From Selaginella moellendorffii (lineage: Eukaryota; Plantae; Lycopodiophyta): a stretch of DNA of 64,000 nucleotides. The translations under genes were made by a program, and so were the position numbers. A model generated the notes under the pieces. It was not told the origin of the DNA. It made no database searches and saw only the letters and a program-made list of their open reading frames with translations. The stretch is from NCBI RefSeq assembly GCF_000143415.4, contig NW_003314407.1, positions 62,001 to 126,000 of the forward strand, given 5' to 3'. The stretch's first letter is position 1. Each line of letters begins with the position of its first letter. Shown in pieces: positions 24,861 to 36,478 of the stretch.

Positions 24861-25515
24861 TCTAATTCAAGCATCATTTAGAGCAGAAATATTTAGTGTG
24901 TAGCCCACTGGTGCGAGAAGGAACAAGCCCAGACTTCCAACAACAACAGATTTACGGCCTTTCCTCTGCCATGTTTCTGACAGCCATCTCAAACCGAACA
25001 AGATCGTCCATTTGCGTTATCAGCTTGTGCACGAAAATCTTCTTGATAGCCCCGGGTGTAAAGGGGCCGGAATATGCTCATTTCCAAGAGACTCAATCTG
25101 GTATACTACTTTGATTTGCCGGGTTAGTGAACCGTACATTCTTTTTGTTTTTGTGCCATGTGGCTCAGTGCGCAGACGCGTACGGCGATGGCGTGATGGA
25201 CCGAGTTTTTTGTGCTTGTTCCGCGGTGTCGGTCGGTGCTTCTTGAAGGTTTGATCTTCCTTGTTGGTGGCTGGCGGGGAAGGGGGAGGGTCAAGGCGGC
25301 GGCAGCAGCAGCGGCAGCGACGGCTGATGCTCGAGGGGGGCTGGGCCCCTTTTCACGCGTAAGTCACCAGATCTATCCGTTTTCGTGAGTGCCGCACACG
25401 CAACTCAAGCAAGAACAAGTGATCCGGGGTTCCAAGCCTCTGAGTGAGTGAGTGACAGAAGGAGAGATCCCGGAAGCAAGAAGCGATCACAGGGTTTGTA
25501 GGGTGTATTCCTAGA

Positions 25516-26700
25516 ATGTATCTCGAGGAGGGCTTGATCCATCCCGAGCAATGCCTGGATGAGCAACGGCGGCAGCAGGAGGGGCAGGAGGAGGAGGAGG
25601 AGGAGTTTGATCACTTTGAGCGGCTGCCCGACTCGTTGCTGCTCACCATCTTCAACAAGATAGCCGAGATCAAGGCGCTGGGCAAGTGCTGCGCCGTGTC
25701 CAAGCGCTTCAACAGCGTGGCGTCTCAGGTGGACAATGTGGTGGTGCGAGTCGACTGCGTGCTATCGGGCGAGGACACGAACTGCAGCAGCAAGGCCAGC
25801 AAGGGGCTTGTGTCCAGCCTCGTCAAGCTCGTCTATGGCAGCCTCCTCAGGCCCTTCCAGGTACTGCAACAGATGCTCTCCTTCAGCGCTGGCGGGAAGA
25901 AGAGCTCAGGCTCCCGGCCGGTCTCCGCCACGGAGGTGTCTCACCACTCTCCGGGCGAGGTGCTGCGCAACTTCAAGGAGATCCAGACGCTACGGATTGA
26001 GCTCCCGGGTGGGGAGCTGGGGCTGGAGGAGGACATTGTGTTGAAGTGGAAGGCGGAGTTTGGGAGCACGGTGCAGAGCTGCGTCATGCTGGGTGCTTAC
26101 AGGGAGAAGGTGGCGGACGTGAAACCGCTTGAAAGCAAGGAGGCGGCCGAGGAAGTCAAAGTTGGCGATTGCGATCAACACGAGGGGGAGCGGGAGCAGC
26201 AGCAGCAGCAGCAGCAGGACGACAATGGGAGCATTCCGGAGACGTTCTACACGGATGGAAGCCTAAAGTCGAGAGTGGTGTGGACAATCAGCTCGCTCAT
26301 CGCGGCGTCGGCCCGGCATTTCTTGCTGCAGCAGATCATAGCGGAGCACCCGACGCTGGAGAGGCTGCTGCTGACGGACGCAGATGGGCAGGGAACGCTG
26401 TGCATGAGCAAGGAGCAGCTGTGCGAGTTTCGCGACAGTCCGATCGCCGCCGCCTCCGTCTCTTCCAACCGGACTCAGGTCCCCGCCCTCAACATGAAGC
26501 TGTGGTATGCTCCCCTGCTGCCGCTGCCCGACGGCACCTTGCTCCGCGGCGCCACCCTCGTCGCCATCCGGCCCAGCGACACGCCGGCGCCCAAGGACCT
26601 CCAAAGCCTCGTCGCCGGCGCGTTCCAGGAGCCGTATGCCAGTGCCGCCAGCCTGCTGGTCAAGCGCCGGACTTATCTCCTGGAGATGAACGCGTTCTAG
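25516..26700 (+). CDS. F-box protein (At5g46170/AUF1-like family), intronless
   Basis: 394-aa ORF; F-box DHFERLPDSLLLTIFNKI; conserved SHHSP, LRIELPGGELG, VVWTISSLIAASARH; C-terminal RRTYLLEMNAF. Confidence 0.92.
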   Translation: MYLEEGLIHPEQCLDEQRRQQEGQEEEEEEFDHFERLPDSLLLTIFNKIAEIKALGKCCAVSKRFNSVASQVDNVVVRVDCVLSGEDTNCSSKASKGLVSSLVKLVYGSLLRPFQVLQQMLSFSAGGKKSSGSRPVSATEVSHHSPGEVLRNFKEIQTLRIELPGGELGLEEDIVLKWKAEFGSTVQSCVMLGAYREKVADVKPLESKEAAEEVKVGDCDQHEGEREQQQQQQQDDNGSIPETFYTDGSLKSRVVWTISSLIAASARHFLLQQIIAEHPTLERLLLTDADGQGTLCMSKEQLCEFRDSPIAAASVSSNRTQVPALNMKLWYAPLLPLPDGTLLRGATLVAIRPSDTPAPKDLQSLVAGAFQEPYASAASLLVKRRTYLLEMNAF

Positions 26701-26732
26701 CGCTTTTTCTAGAAAGCAGGGAATGCCATTGG

Positions 26733-27953
26733 CTAGGTGTTTGATCGAGCATTGAAAGCTCTACAGTCTCTGCGGACCTCGCCCTGGCTGCCGGTCTTGA
26801 TGCCGGTGTAGCCCAGCTTCACCATGGCTTGCATGAAGGCGAAGAAGAAGTCTTCCTGGCTGGCGGCCAAGCTGGCCACCACGGGCGACGTCCGCTTGTC
26901 CAGGGCCAGCGCCTGATCCGACACGAGCAGGCCCCTGTTGTTTTGCAGGTTGCGGTAGTAGGAGTTGTCAAAGGCGAAGGGCGTGGTGGCGTCGAATCCC
27001 CGCACCGTGTTGGGGCTCCCGCCAACTTGCGGGCACGAAGCCTTGAGCGACGCAGCTAGCGTCGGATCCAGCGACGGGTCCGTCTTTGCGGCGCTGCTGA
27101 AGTTGTAGAGCCTCTTGGAGAACTGGTTGCAATGGGAGAATCCAATTGTGTGTGCTCCTGCGAGGAACTATATCACTATCTAGTGTCGCTACTTGTGTAA
27201 TACTATGCACACCTGACAGTACAACCAGATCTTCGATGCTCAAGTTGACAGTGGACAGCAGGGTGACAAGTTGCGACACATTGAAACTGGAGGCCGGGAG
27301 GCGGCCCTCGACGCGGGCAGCGCGAGAGATGAGGCCGTCCCGCCGACCTTTGGGGACCGCCCACCTGGGGCCGCCACTCTGTCGTATGAAGCGCAAATAT
27401 TTGGATCGTGAGAGAGAGCATCAATCGTCACTTACAAACACAACCACGTCCCTGGCGGCCATTGCGAGGATGTCGGCGCACGAGACAACCGCGGGGCATG
27501 CAGCCTCCACTGCCTTCTTGGCCTCCACAATTGCGTCGAATCCATTCTGCGGGAAGCTCAAATTGTCGGGCGCGTCTCGCTCCGCGACGTTGGTGGGCGT
27601 GGAGGAGATGAGAATGGATGCATCACAGCCCTGCCAGTGCCAACCAAGATCATACAATGTCAAGCTAAGCTACACTGCCAGTGGATGGATCGAATTCATC
27701 CATAATGCGCAAGACGGCCTCACGTACTCACCTCCACCAGGCAATCGTGGAAGTAGAGGCGCAACACCGCGGGTGCAACCACATTGTCCCTTTTGGAGAG
27801 GGCGAGAGTGACGTTAGCGACGATGGCATCCACATTCGGACAAGAGGTCTTGTAGAAGTCGAAGGTAAGCTGGCCAGTTGCTCCATGTAGTAGACAAGAC
27901 AATGAGACAATGACGATCCAAGAGACAACGTTAGCATGGATGGGATGAACCAT
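26733..27953 (-). CDS. Class III secretory peroxidase, 4 exons
   Basis: Signal peptide, [43 protein letters not shown]; canonical three-intron layout. Confidence 0.95.
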
Positions 27954-28304
27954 CGCTCGATCGTAAACCGTAGAATCACAATGCAACGCGGGGAAATCGT
28001 CGTCTCGTTGTCGCCAGTCGTCGTCGTCGTCGTCGTCGTCGTCCTCGATGGGTGATAGATGAGAGTGGCCGATTCGTGATCGATATCAACCAATCTTCTC
28101 CGGCTCTTGGACAACAATCATTCCTGGCGACAAGGTTGTAAAATTCATGGAGGCTTCGTTCGTTCGTAAGACTCATCTCTTTTGAGCCAGCCACTGTCCC
28201 GTCTCGTGACTGTACAAGACCACATGTGACTTCGCTGACATCGTAGGGCAACCAGGCGTTCGATTCCAGCGAGGGGCTGCAACAAGGTTTAGGGTTTATA
28301 GGCC

Positions 28305-31300
28305 ATGTCGAAGGCGCTGCTGCCGCTGCTGGCATGGGTCGCGATCCTGGTGCTGGCTGCAGCAGCGGCGCATCGACTCCAGAAGAATGTGATCGTGGAG
28401 CTCCACGCCAAATGGAGTGGGACGTCGCTGCTCTTGGAAATGGGGTAAGTTGCCTGAGCGCCATACGCTAGAAATTCCACTCTCCCGTGTGTGCTTGCAG
28501 TGAGCTTGTGGCCAAGGAGAGGGATGACAATTTCTGGAAATTCATTGACTCGTGGATCGAGCGGGAGGAGAAGGAGAGCCAGTCCTCCTCCAACAGCACC
28601 AGCAATTGCCTAGAGCAGATATTATCGCAAGGCTCCGCTTTGTTGGACGGTCACCTCGCGTCCCTCTTAGATTTGTCCCTCTCGCTGCGCAGCGCGTCAC
28701 CAAAGCTTGTTGTCTACGCACAGCTCGCGCTGGAATCACTGTCAGCCTTCAACCTTCATTCCGAAGGCAGTGATCGGCCACGACCTCCACGGCAAAAGTG
28801 CTGCTGGGTGGACGTGGGATCCAGTCTTCTGCTAGAAGAGTCCGAGCTCCTCCACTGGCTGAAATCCTTGTCGGGCGAGTGAGTTACCGTCTCGTTTTTT
28901 TTTTTTCTCCTCGCTTCTCACAATGTTTTGAAACAGGCCTTTGCTGGATAAAACTTTGGACTTGTTTGAGTTTGATCACGTCTATCCACAATCCGCATCT
29001 TTTGCCTACACTGCCATCCTATACGGCGCACTTGGTACGCCCTGCTTCAAAAGGTTCCACTCAATCCTCAGCGACTCCTCAAAAACTCAGGTACGCGAGG
29101 CATACTGCGGAGTGCTTTTAACTGCTGTTTCTTTCAGGACCTTGTGCGGTATGTGGCACGGCCATTCCTTCCAGATGGTTGCGAAGAGTCGTGCTCAGCT
29201 TGTAGTAAAGCAGGGGTCGGCGAGCCACTCAACCTTGCGGGCTACGGTGTTGAGCTTGCGCTGAAAAACATGGAGTACAAAGCTATTGACGACAGCGAAG
29301 TCAAAGCTGGTACCATGTGTCCGTGTTGTCTTCCCTTACCAAGTTTCCTTTATATGCCTCACCAGGTGGATCATCTGAAGATACCTCTACTGAGGATCCC
29401 CTGGCTCAAGAAGTCAGAGGGTTTATCTTCTCGAGGCTTCTTGTACGGACATTGCATTTTCCTTTGTTGTCCTGTTCTTATTGCATGCTCTCAGGAACGT
29501 AAGCCTCATCTTGAAGGGGAGCTCATGACGTTCAGAGACCAGTTACTGTCGTCCGAGATATCGGACAGCATGAATGTCTGGGAAGTAAAAGGTAAAGGGG
29601 AAAATCATTTACTCTTCTAGGTACTTACTCACGTTTCTAATAGATCTTGGATACCAAGCAGCTCAGAGAATCGTAGGAGCATCTGAACCATTACGGCTGA
29701 TGCAGGAGTTGAACCAAAACTTTCCAAATCTCGTGTCGTCATTGTCTCGCATGAAGGTAACTATCTTCGTACATTCCTCGTCAGACTGGGCTTGATACAC
29801 CTTTCTTTTCATTTATTTACCTAGATCAATGAGACCATCAAGCAGGAAATAGTTTCCAATCAGCAAATGATTTCACCAGGAAGAAATCTTCTTGCTATCA
29901 ATGGGGCTTTAGTCAATCCTGAGAGCCTTGATCTTTTCACGTTAGCCTACTACTCTATGTAGATAACGGTCTGCTACACTGACCTTCTGTTTTTGCAGGT
30001 TGATTCATATGGTGCATCAAGAGCTGTCCTTTGCTGATAAGATACTGAAAATGAAGGTCAGTATGACGCTCTGGAGGATAAAAACGTAACTATTTATCTC
30101 TACAGGTTCCCTCTAGTTCTGTGTCGAAGCTTTTGAGGCTACCTGAGCCGGTTGAATCAGTTGCAGTGAGAGTGGATTTTCGCTCCAAGGATTTTGTGCA
30201 CTATCTGAATGATCTTGAAGAAGATAATAAATACAAAAGGTGGAGGACAAATCTGAACGAGGTGCTATCGGGTTCTTCTTTTTCTTTTCCATTGATATCT
30301 TGCCTAAATTCTCTGTATACTTTGATGCAGCTATTAATGCCAGCTTTCCCAGGACAGCTTCGCTACATCCGAAAGAACTTATACCATGCAGTCTACGTAC
30401 TAGACCCGGTTTCCGTGAGAGGACTCAGAGTAAGCCGCTTGTGAGACTCTGAACCTTGCCCACCAATATTGATGTTCGCAGACGGTGGAGATGATTCTGC
30501 ACTATTATCATAACAACTTGCCAATGCGTTTTGGTCTCATCCTGCTCTCGCCGGCGGATTTGCATTCATTAGACGAAGAAAATGGAGCTGGTGAGAAGGA
30601 CGATTTATCCAGCTTGGTGAGCCGTTTTATTTTTCTTTCGGTTTCACCTGTTTCAATTTGAAATTCCAGATGATACGTCTTTTTCTTTACGTTAAGAATA
30701 CGGGAGGAGTTTATAACGCTTTTGAGTTTCTAAAAAACGTGAGAGTTTCGTGGAATTTCCAGTATGATGAGATTTCTTTGCGTTGTAGGTTTTGGACTCT
30801 TATTCCGAAGATTCTGAAGAAAACTATACCGAGGCTAGTCATATTGAGGAAGGATTTGTTAAATCACTCGGGTAAGCTTTTCTTTGTTGCTGTCAATTTG
30901 AACTTTGATGCTAATGCTTGCAAAATTCATAGGACTATGACGAAAACCAGTGCTATGGAGGTCTTTTCCAAATTGAAGAATGGTGAAGATTATAGAAAGG
31001 AAGCATTTGAAAGCAGCCAGTTTGTATACAGGCTTGGTTTATCCGAAGTATATCCATGCCTCCTCATGAACGGTCTCGTTTATGGAGAAAGTCAGGTATA
31101 CTGTCATTTATCAAATCTTAGGGACATTCCTAACGTGTCACTTGAACTTAGCCACAATTTTCAGTGATGGCGGCCATGAATGAAGAACTCCCTAAAATAC
31201 AAGAAATGGTCTACTTCGGTCAAATACATTCACGGACAGATGTTTTAGACAAGTTTTTAGCAGAGGAAGGCCTTAAAAGATATAACCCAAAGGTACTAAG

Positions 31301-34300
31301 TGTGCTCTTGAGCTTTACAATTAACTTGTGCTGCATGCAGATAGCTGGCACTGGGAAAGATTCGAAGTATGTGTCAGTTGCACCGGTGGTTTCTGAGAGC
31401 CATCCAGTTGTATGTAGTCTCCAGTATCTGCACACACCTGGAAGTACGTATCCACTATTCACGTGATGTGCTGAAGCGATTGCATGCTTGCAGCCGAAGA
31501 TGACGTAAAACCTGTAACTCACTGGCTAGTTGTTGACTTGACGAAGGAATCCGGTATACGTCTGTTGACGCAAGGTGTCCGCTACATTGTAAGTTGTACT
31601 TGATGAAGCGAAGAGTGTATTATTACCTTTTCTTCAATTTCAGATGGAAGGTACAGACAGAGGGCGTCTTGCTATTCTACATAACATGAAGGATGCGGAC
31701 AATACTCCAGAATCATCAAAAGAGTTACTGCTTCCCCGACTTGTTAGTCACGTTATGCAGGCATCAAGGTACTAAACACTAAGGTTTTGTTATCACTTTT
31801 CTCTTACGGTTTTCTTTTCTTCAGTCGCCGAGCAAAATACCTGCGGTTGTTACATTCTTTTTTAACGCATTACAAGTCAGGCACTTTTGAGGAGGTTCTG
31901 CATTTGTATTTGAGTACTGCTAAAGAGATGGGTCTGGACATTGCGAAGGAGGCAATCTTGGAGTCCTCTACATTATCTACTCAGCTTTTACAGTTCCATA
32001 AAGTAATGGATTTTGTTTCTATATCGATGCTGACCAATAGTCTACAGGAAAAGAAGTTTGTAGCGGAATTGTTTGGCATCAGGCCAGGTATTAACGCCGT
32101 AGCTACAAATGGGAGGGTAAGTTTTTATTTTTCTCGAAACTCATGAGTTACCACCGTCTGTTTAGATTTCTAGTCAAGACTCAAAACCTTTTATTGCGGA
32201 AGACCTCATGCTTTTAGAATCACTAATGTATCGGCGAAGGATAAAGGACGTACAGGAAATTATTGAAGATGTGAAGTGGGAAGGTTTAGAACCTGATGAC
32301 ATTACAAGGTATGTCGACCTAATTAATGTGGCTTTCCTCTCTTACTTTGTTGTGCTTAGTGCGTACCTAAGCACCGTCATCATGGCAGTCTCATCCACAA
32401 TGGCGTCGCGCACTCGGAGCTCCGAGACGGCACAGTTTGAGCTCCTCAAGGCTGATCACAGGTATGTACTTATTTCACCTGCGTTTTCTATTCACGTGTT
32501 CTTTCGGTGGAAAGTGCTATTGTCCGGCATGTCGATGGCTCGCCGATTCAAATCGATGCGGTCATCAACCCGCTGAGTGCTCTTGCTCAAAGACTGACTC
32601 CTCTTCTGCTGATGCTTGAAGAATGGCTCCATCCAAGTATACGTATAGTCTTGAATCCGATGGTACGCTCGCCTGTGTCAGTTTTTCTTGCTTTTGACGT
32701 AAATTTTACAGAGCTCACTTGGGGACGTTCCCCTAAAGAATTTCTACAGATACGTTCTACCGTCAAAAGTAAAACATCTGATTGTGTTGCAGCTGATGCC
32801 TGAGAGTTACATGTTGCCAGGAAGAGTTTTTATCAGGTGGTATTGGGCCGCATGCGAGGTTCTCCAACATGCCCCCATCGAAGACGCTAACGCTTAATCT
32901 AGATGTACCCGAGCCATGGCTTGTAGAGCCTGTCGTGGCTATGTAAGTTGACGTTTATTCTACTATCCTGTACTGACGTGTATTGACTTGCAGTCATGAC
33001 CTGGATAATATTGTTTTGGAAAAGCTCGACGATGAAAGAACTTTGCATGCCGTTTTTGAGCTTGAAGCTCTTATGATAACAGGTATTCACAGTTCTATAT
33101 CGCTCTATCGCATTTCTTGATTCTTTTATTTGCAAGGACACTGTTATGAGCACAATGAGCCGCCTCGTGGACTTCAACTTATCTTAGGAACTAAGCAGCA
33201 CGCTCATGTGGTCGACACCATTGTCATGGCCAATCTTGGCTATTTTCAACTCAAGGCTGCTCCCGGGGTATGGACTCTTGGTCTAGCCAGAGGCAGATCG
33301 AGCGAGCTATACACTTTACAAGGACATAAACAAGGAACGGATGAGGGTCCGATTAGCAAGCAAATCTTAGTTGCTGACATGAGAGGAGAACTAGTACATC
33401 TTGAGGTGGTAAAACGAAGAGGGATGGAAGATGAGAAGCTGTTGGTAGTGGATGACGACAACGGGAAGAAAACATCTCTAAGCGTATGTTCCCCATCTTA
33501 TCACATTGTCACGTTGGCCTTATGCTATATATGCAGGACAAGACGAAAGGTTTCTTTGAATGGGCTGCGAATATTATGGGCACAGGAGAAAAGAAAACTT
33601 CAAAACAGAATACCTCGGTGAGGTTCTACTTTACAAGTTTTAGACTCACAGTGAACAGTTTCATTACAGGCTTCAGCGAGGCATGGTGAAACCATCAACA
33701 TTTTCTCGGTTGCGTCGGGGCATCTGTAAGTCTTAGATGTTTGAATGATCCGACTTTCTCACAGAAGGTTTGCAGATACGAGCGTTTTCTAAAGATTATG
33801 ATGCTCAGCGTTTTGAAGAATACTAGACGGCCAGTGAAATTTTGGTTTATCAAGAATTATCTTTCTCCACAATTTAAGGTTGGCGGACTTGTAAATCGCG
33901 TCTGGCTGACAGGATTTCGTGCAGAATTTGATACCTCATGTGGCTGTCGAGTATGGCTTCGAATACGAGCTTGTAACGTACAAGTGGCCTACCTGGCTTC
34001 ATAAGCAGACTGAAAAGCAACGAATCATATGGGCCTATAAGATTTTGTTCCTTGACGTGATTTTCCCTCTCTCTCTCAAAAAGGTATGTGCTTAATTGCC
34101 TTAATGGCAATCCTCACTCCTTGAAGCAGGTTATCTTCGTGGACGCTGATCAAATAGTGCGTGCTGACATGGGGGAACTATATGACATGGATATAAAGGG
34201 CAGACCCCTCGCTTACACGCCTTTCTGCGATAACAACAAAGATATGGATGGTTATCGCTTTTGGAGTCAGGTATTCCTTTTTACTGCCATTGCTTGTTTT

Positions 34301-34956
34301 GTGTAACTATTATATGTCAGGGATTCTGGAAGGAACATCTGCAAGGAAAGCCTTATCACATCAGGTAAAAATCTTTGGATCAGCTGTTCTTTTTGTTTAC
34401 TTGCACTGTTGAGTTGCAGTGCGCTCTACGTTGTGGATCTTGATAAATTCCGCCAAACAGCAGCCGGTGACAACCTGCGTGTATTTTATGAAAATCTAAG
34501 CAAAGATCCAAACAGCCTTTCCAATCTCGACCAGGTGAGGTTTGAAGTTGAGTTGTTTTTAATTTTTTTTCTCACAATTTGAAGCAGGATCTTCCAAATT
34601 ATGCTCAACATACGGTACCGATATATTCCCTCCCTCAAGAATGGCTGTGGTGTGAGTCTTGGTGTGGAAATGCCACCAAGGGCCGAGCAAAGACAATCGA
34701 TTTGTGTAACAATCCCATGACCAAGGAGCCCAAACTACAGGTAAAACCGCAAACTTTCTTGTGTTCTCTGGTAAATTCTCATTGTTCTCCACCGCAGGGC
34801 GCCAGAAGAATTGTCCAAGAATGGCCGGCCCTTGACGAAGAAGCGCAACTTTTTACCAAAAGGATCCTCGGCAAAGGCAGGGACGAGGAGAACACAATGC
34901 AAGTGCCTAAGGAACCTTCTTCCACAAACGATGCTGACGTGAAAGACGAGTTGTGA
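28305..34956 (+). CDS. UGGT: UDP-glucose:glycoprotein glucosyltransferase, many short introns
   Basis: Signal peptide; [18 protein letters not shown]; [20 protein letters not shown]; IFVDADQ; DQDLPN; [15 protein letters not shown]; C-terminal KDEL. Confidence 0.97.
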
Positions 34957-35066
34957 GCTCTCAGCAGCATACGAACGAACGGTAAACGAGTCAGAGTTTG
35001 ATTTATTTTATTGTATTCAAAACGCGTCTGGGACGTGGTTCCATGAATGATTGGTTTAAGCGCTTC

Positions 35067-36449
35067 TCAGAACGGTGTTGGCGTCAATGGCTCCATTCTC
35101 GCGAGATAGTCGGACCGAAGCCCAGAGAAATCTGCCGCATCAGTTTGGAATCTCAACATGGCTGTCGGTACCAGATCCGCTTGGTCTAGACTGAAGTCAG
35201 AATCGAAGGCAATCGGCTTTGCCACAGCAACTGGATCCACAAGCTTGAACTCAACTTGGTTCTTGAGGGAGGCCTTGACGAACTGCACACGACAAATCTA
35301 TAAGCCAAAGCGGAGATGCAAGAGTAGAGACAACCTCGTGGATTGCGGACGTTGGCTCCTTGGGAAGAAACAGGCCCTGCAGCACCACATTGTCGGGGAA
35401 GAGTATGCGAATCACCGACACCTTGTACTTCTGACGTGCTGCAAGTACTTGCTTCTCCCTCAGAGACTTTGGAATGAGCAGCTGAGAGTCTTCCAGTTTC
35501 TTTCGTTTGATCGCCGCTTGCTTCTTCACCTCGTCCAGCGACAGCTCGTAGAAGTCGGCCGAAAGCTCTGCACGCGACGCAGTACCTTCTGCCGAAACAT
35601 AAAACACTCGCACCTGCCAACACAGACGTCAGGACAAAATCCAGAGCCTGGACCAAATACCTGTCTGTCAAACGAACTCGCCTCCTCGGTTGTCCTCGCC
35701 GCAAGCTGTGGCTGTGAAGGCTGTGCAAGCTGTGCCTCGAGCGCCGCTACAACTTCCTTGATCACTCGCAAGCGCTCAGCTGACGGCTCTTCCATTACGC
35801 TCCACAGCTCACCTTGTTCCATGACGGCCTCGAAGCCCAGAAACTCGAGAAACTCGGCACCACCAACGGCCGAGCCAATACTCTCCTGGATCTTGGGATT
35901 TCCCATGCGAACCTTCCTGAACTTGTCCGACGCCGGATCTCTAATGATGTTTGTGAGAAGCCGGACGACAACTTGGACAGCTCCGTTGGAGGCGCCGCCA
36001 GAGAGAAATGTCGCCACGGCTACCTCCATCTTCTCTGTGTCGTCGGGGGTCATTTCCTGAGAGACATTCGGACTGTTGCTGCTTTTACTGAAGAGACCAC
36101 CACCACCATCGTTTACGCTTGGATCGGGGAGTAGACGGGACCGTTGGGGCTCTACGCTCACCTCCGCCGATGCCGATTGCCTTGGAGTCAATGACGGCGT
36201 CGTCGGCTTGGCGCTTCTCGACTTGGATTTGTCGGCCTTGAGCTGCTCCGCTTCCCACCTTTGCTGCTGATTTCTCCTCCATTCGTCCTGCTGCTGCCGC
36301 TGATCGCTACTCTTGGCTGCTATGCGGGGCGACGGCTCTGGCTGCGGCTCGCCCAACCTGTGTCCCTCTCCCTTAAATCTGCTAGAGGAGCTGAAAGGAT
36401 TCTTGAGCTTCTTCATCAGCCCCTTGGCCTTGTCCTTGACGTCGTCCAT
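35067..36449 (-). CDS. PUX2: Plant UBX domain-containing protein 2 (PUB + UBX)
   Basis: MDDVKDKAKGLMKK...FKGEGHRLG; PUB KFRKVRMGNPKIQE; UBX IRILFPDNVVLQGLF; 3 exons. Confidence 0.9.
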
Positions 36450-36478
36450 ATTCGCGCATCAACCCTAGATGGACTGCT

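Noticed and set aside
35158-36060. 300-aa plus-strand ORF
   Set aside because: Antisense shadow of PUX2.
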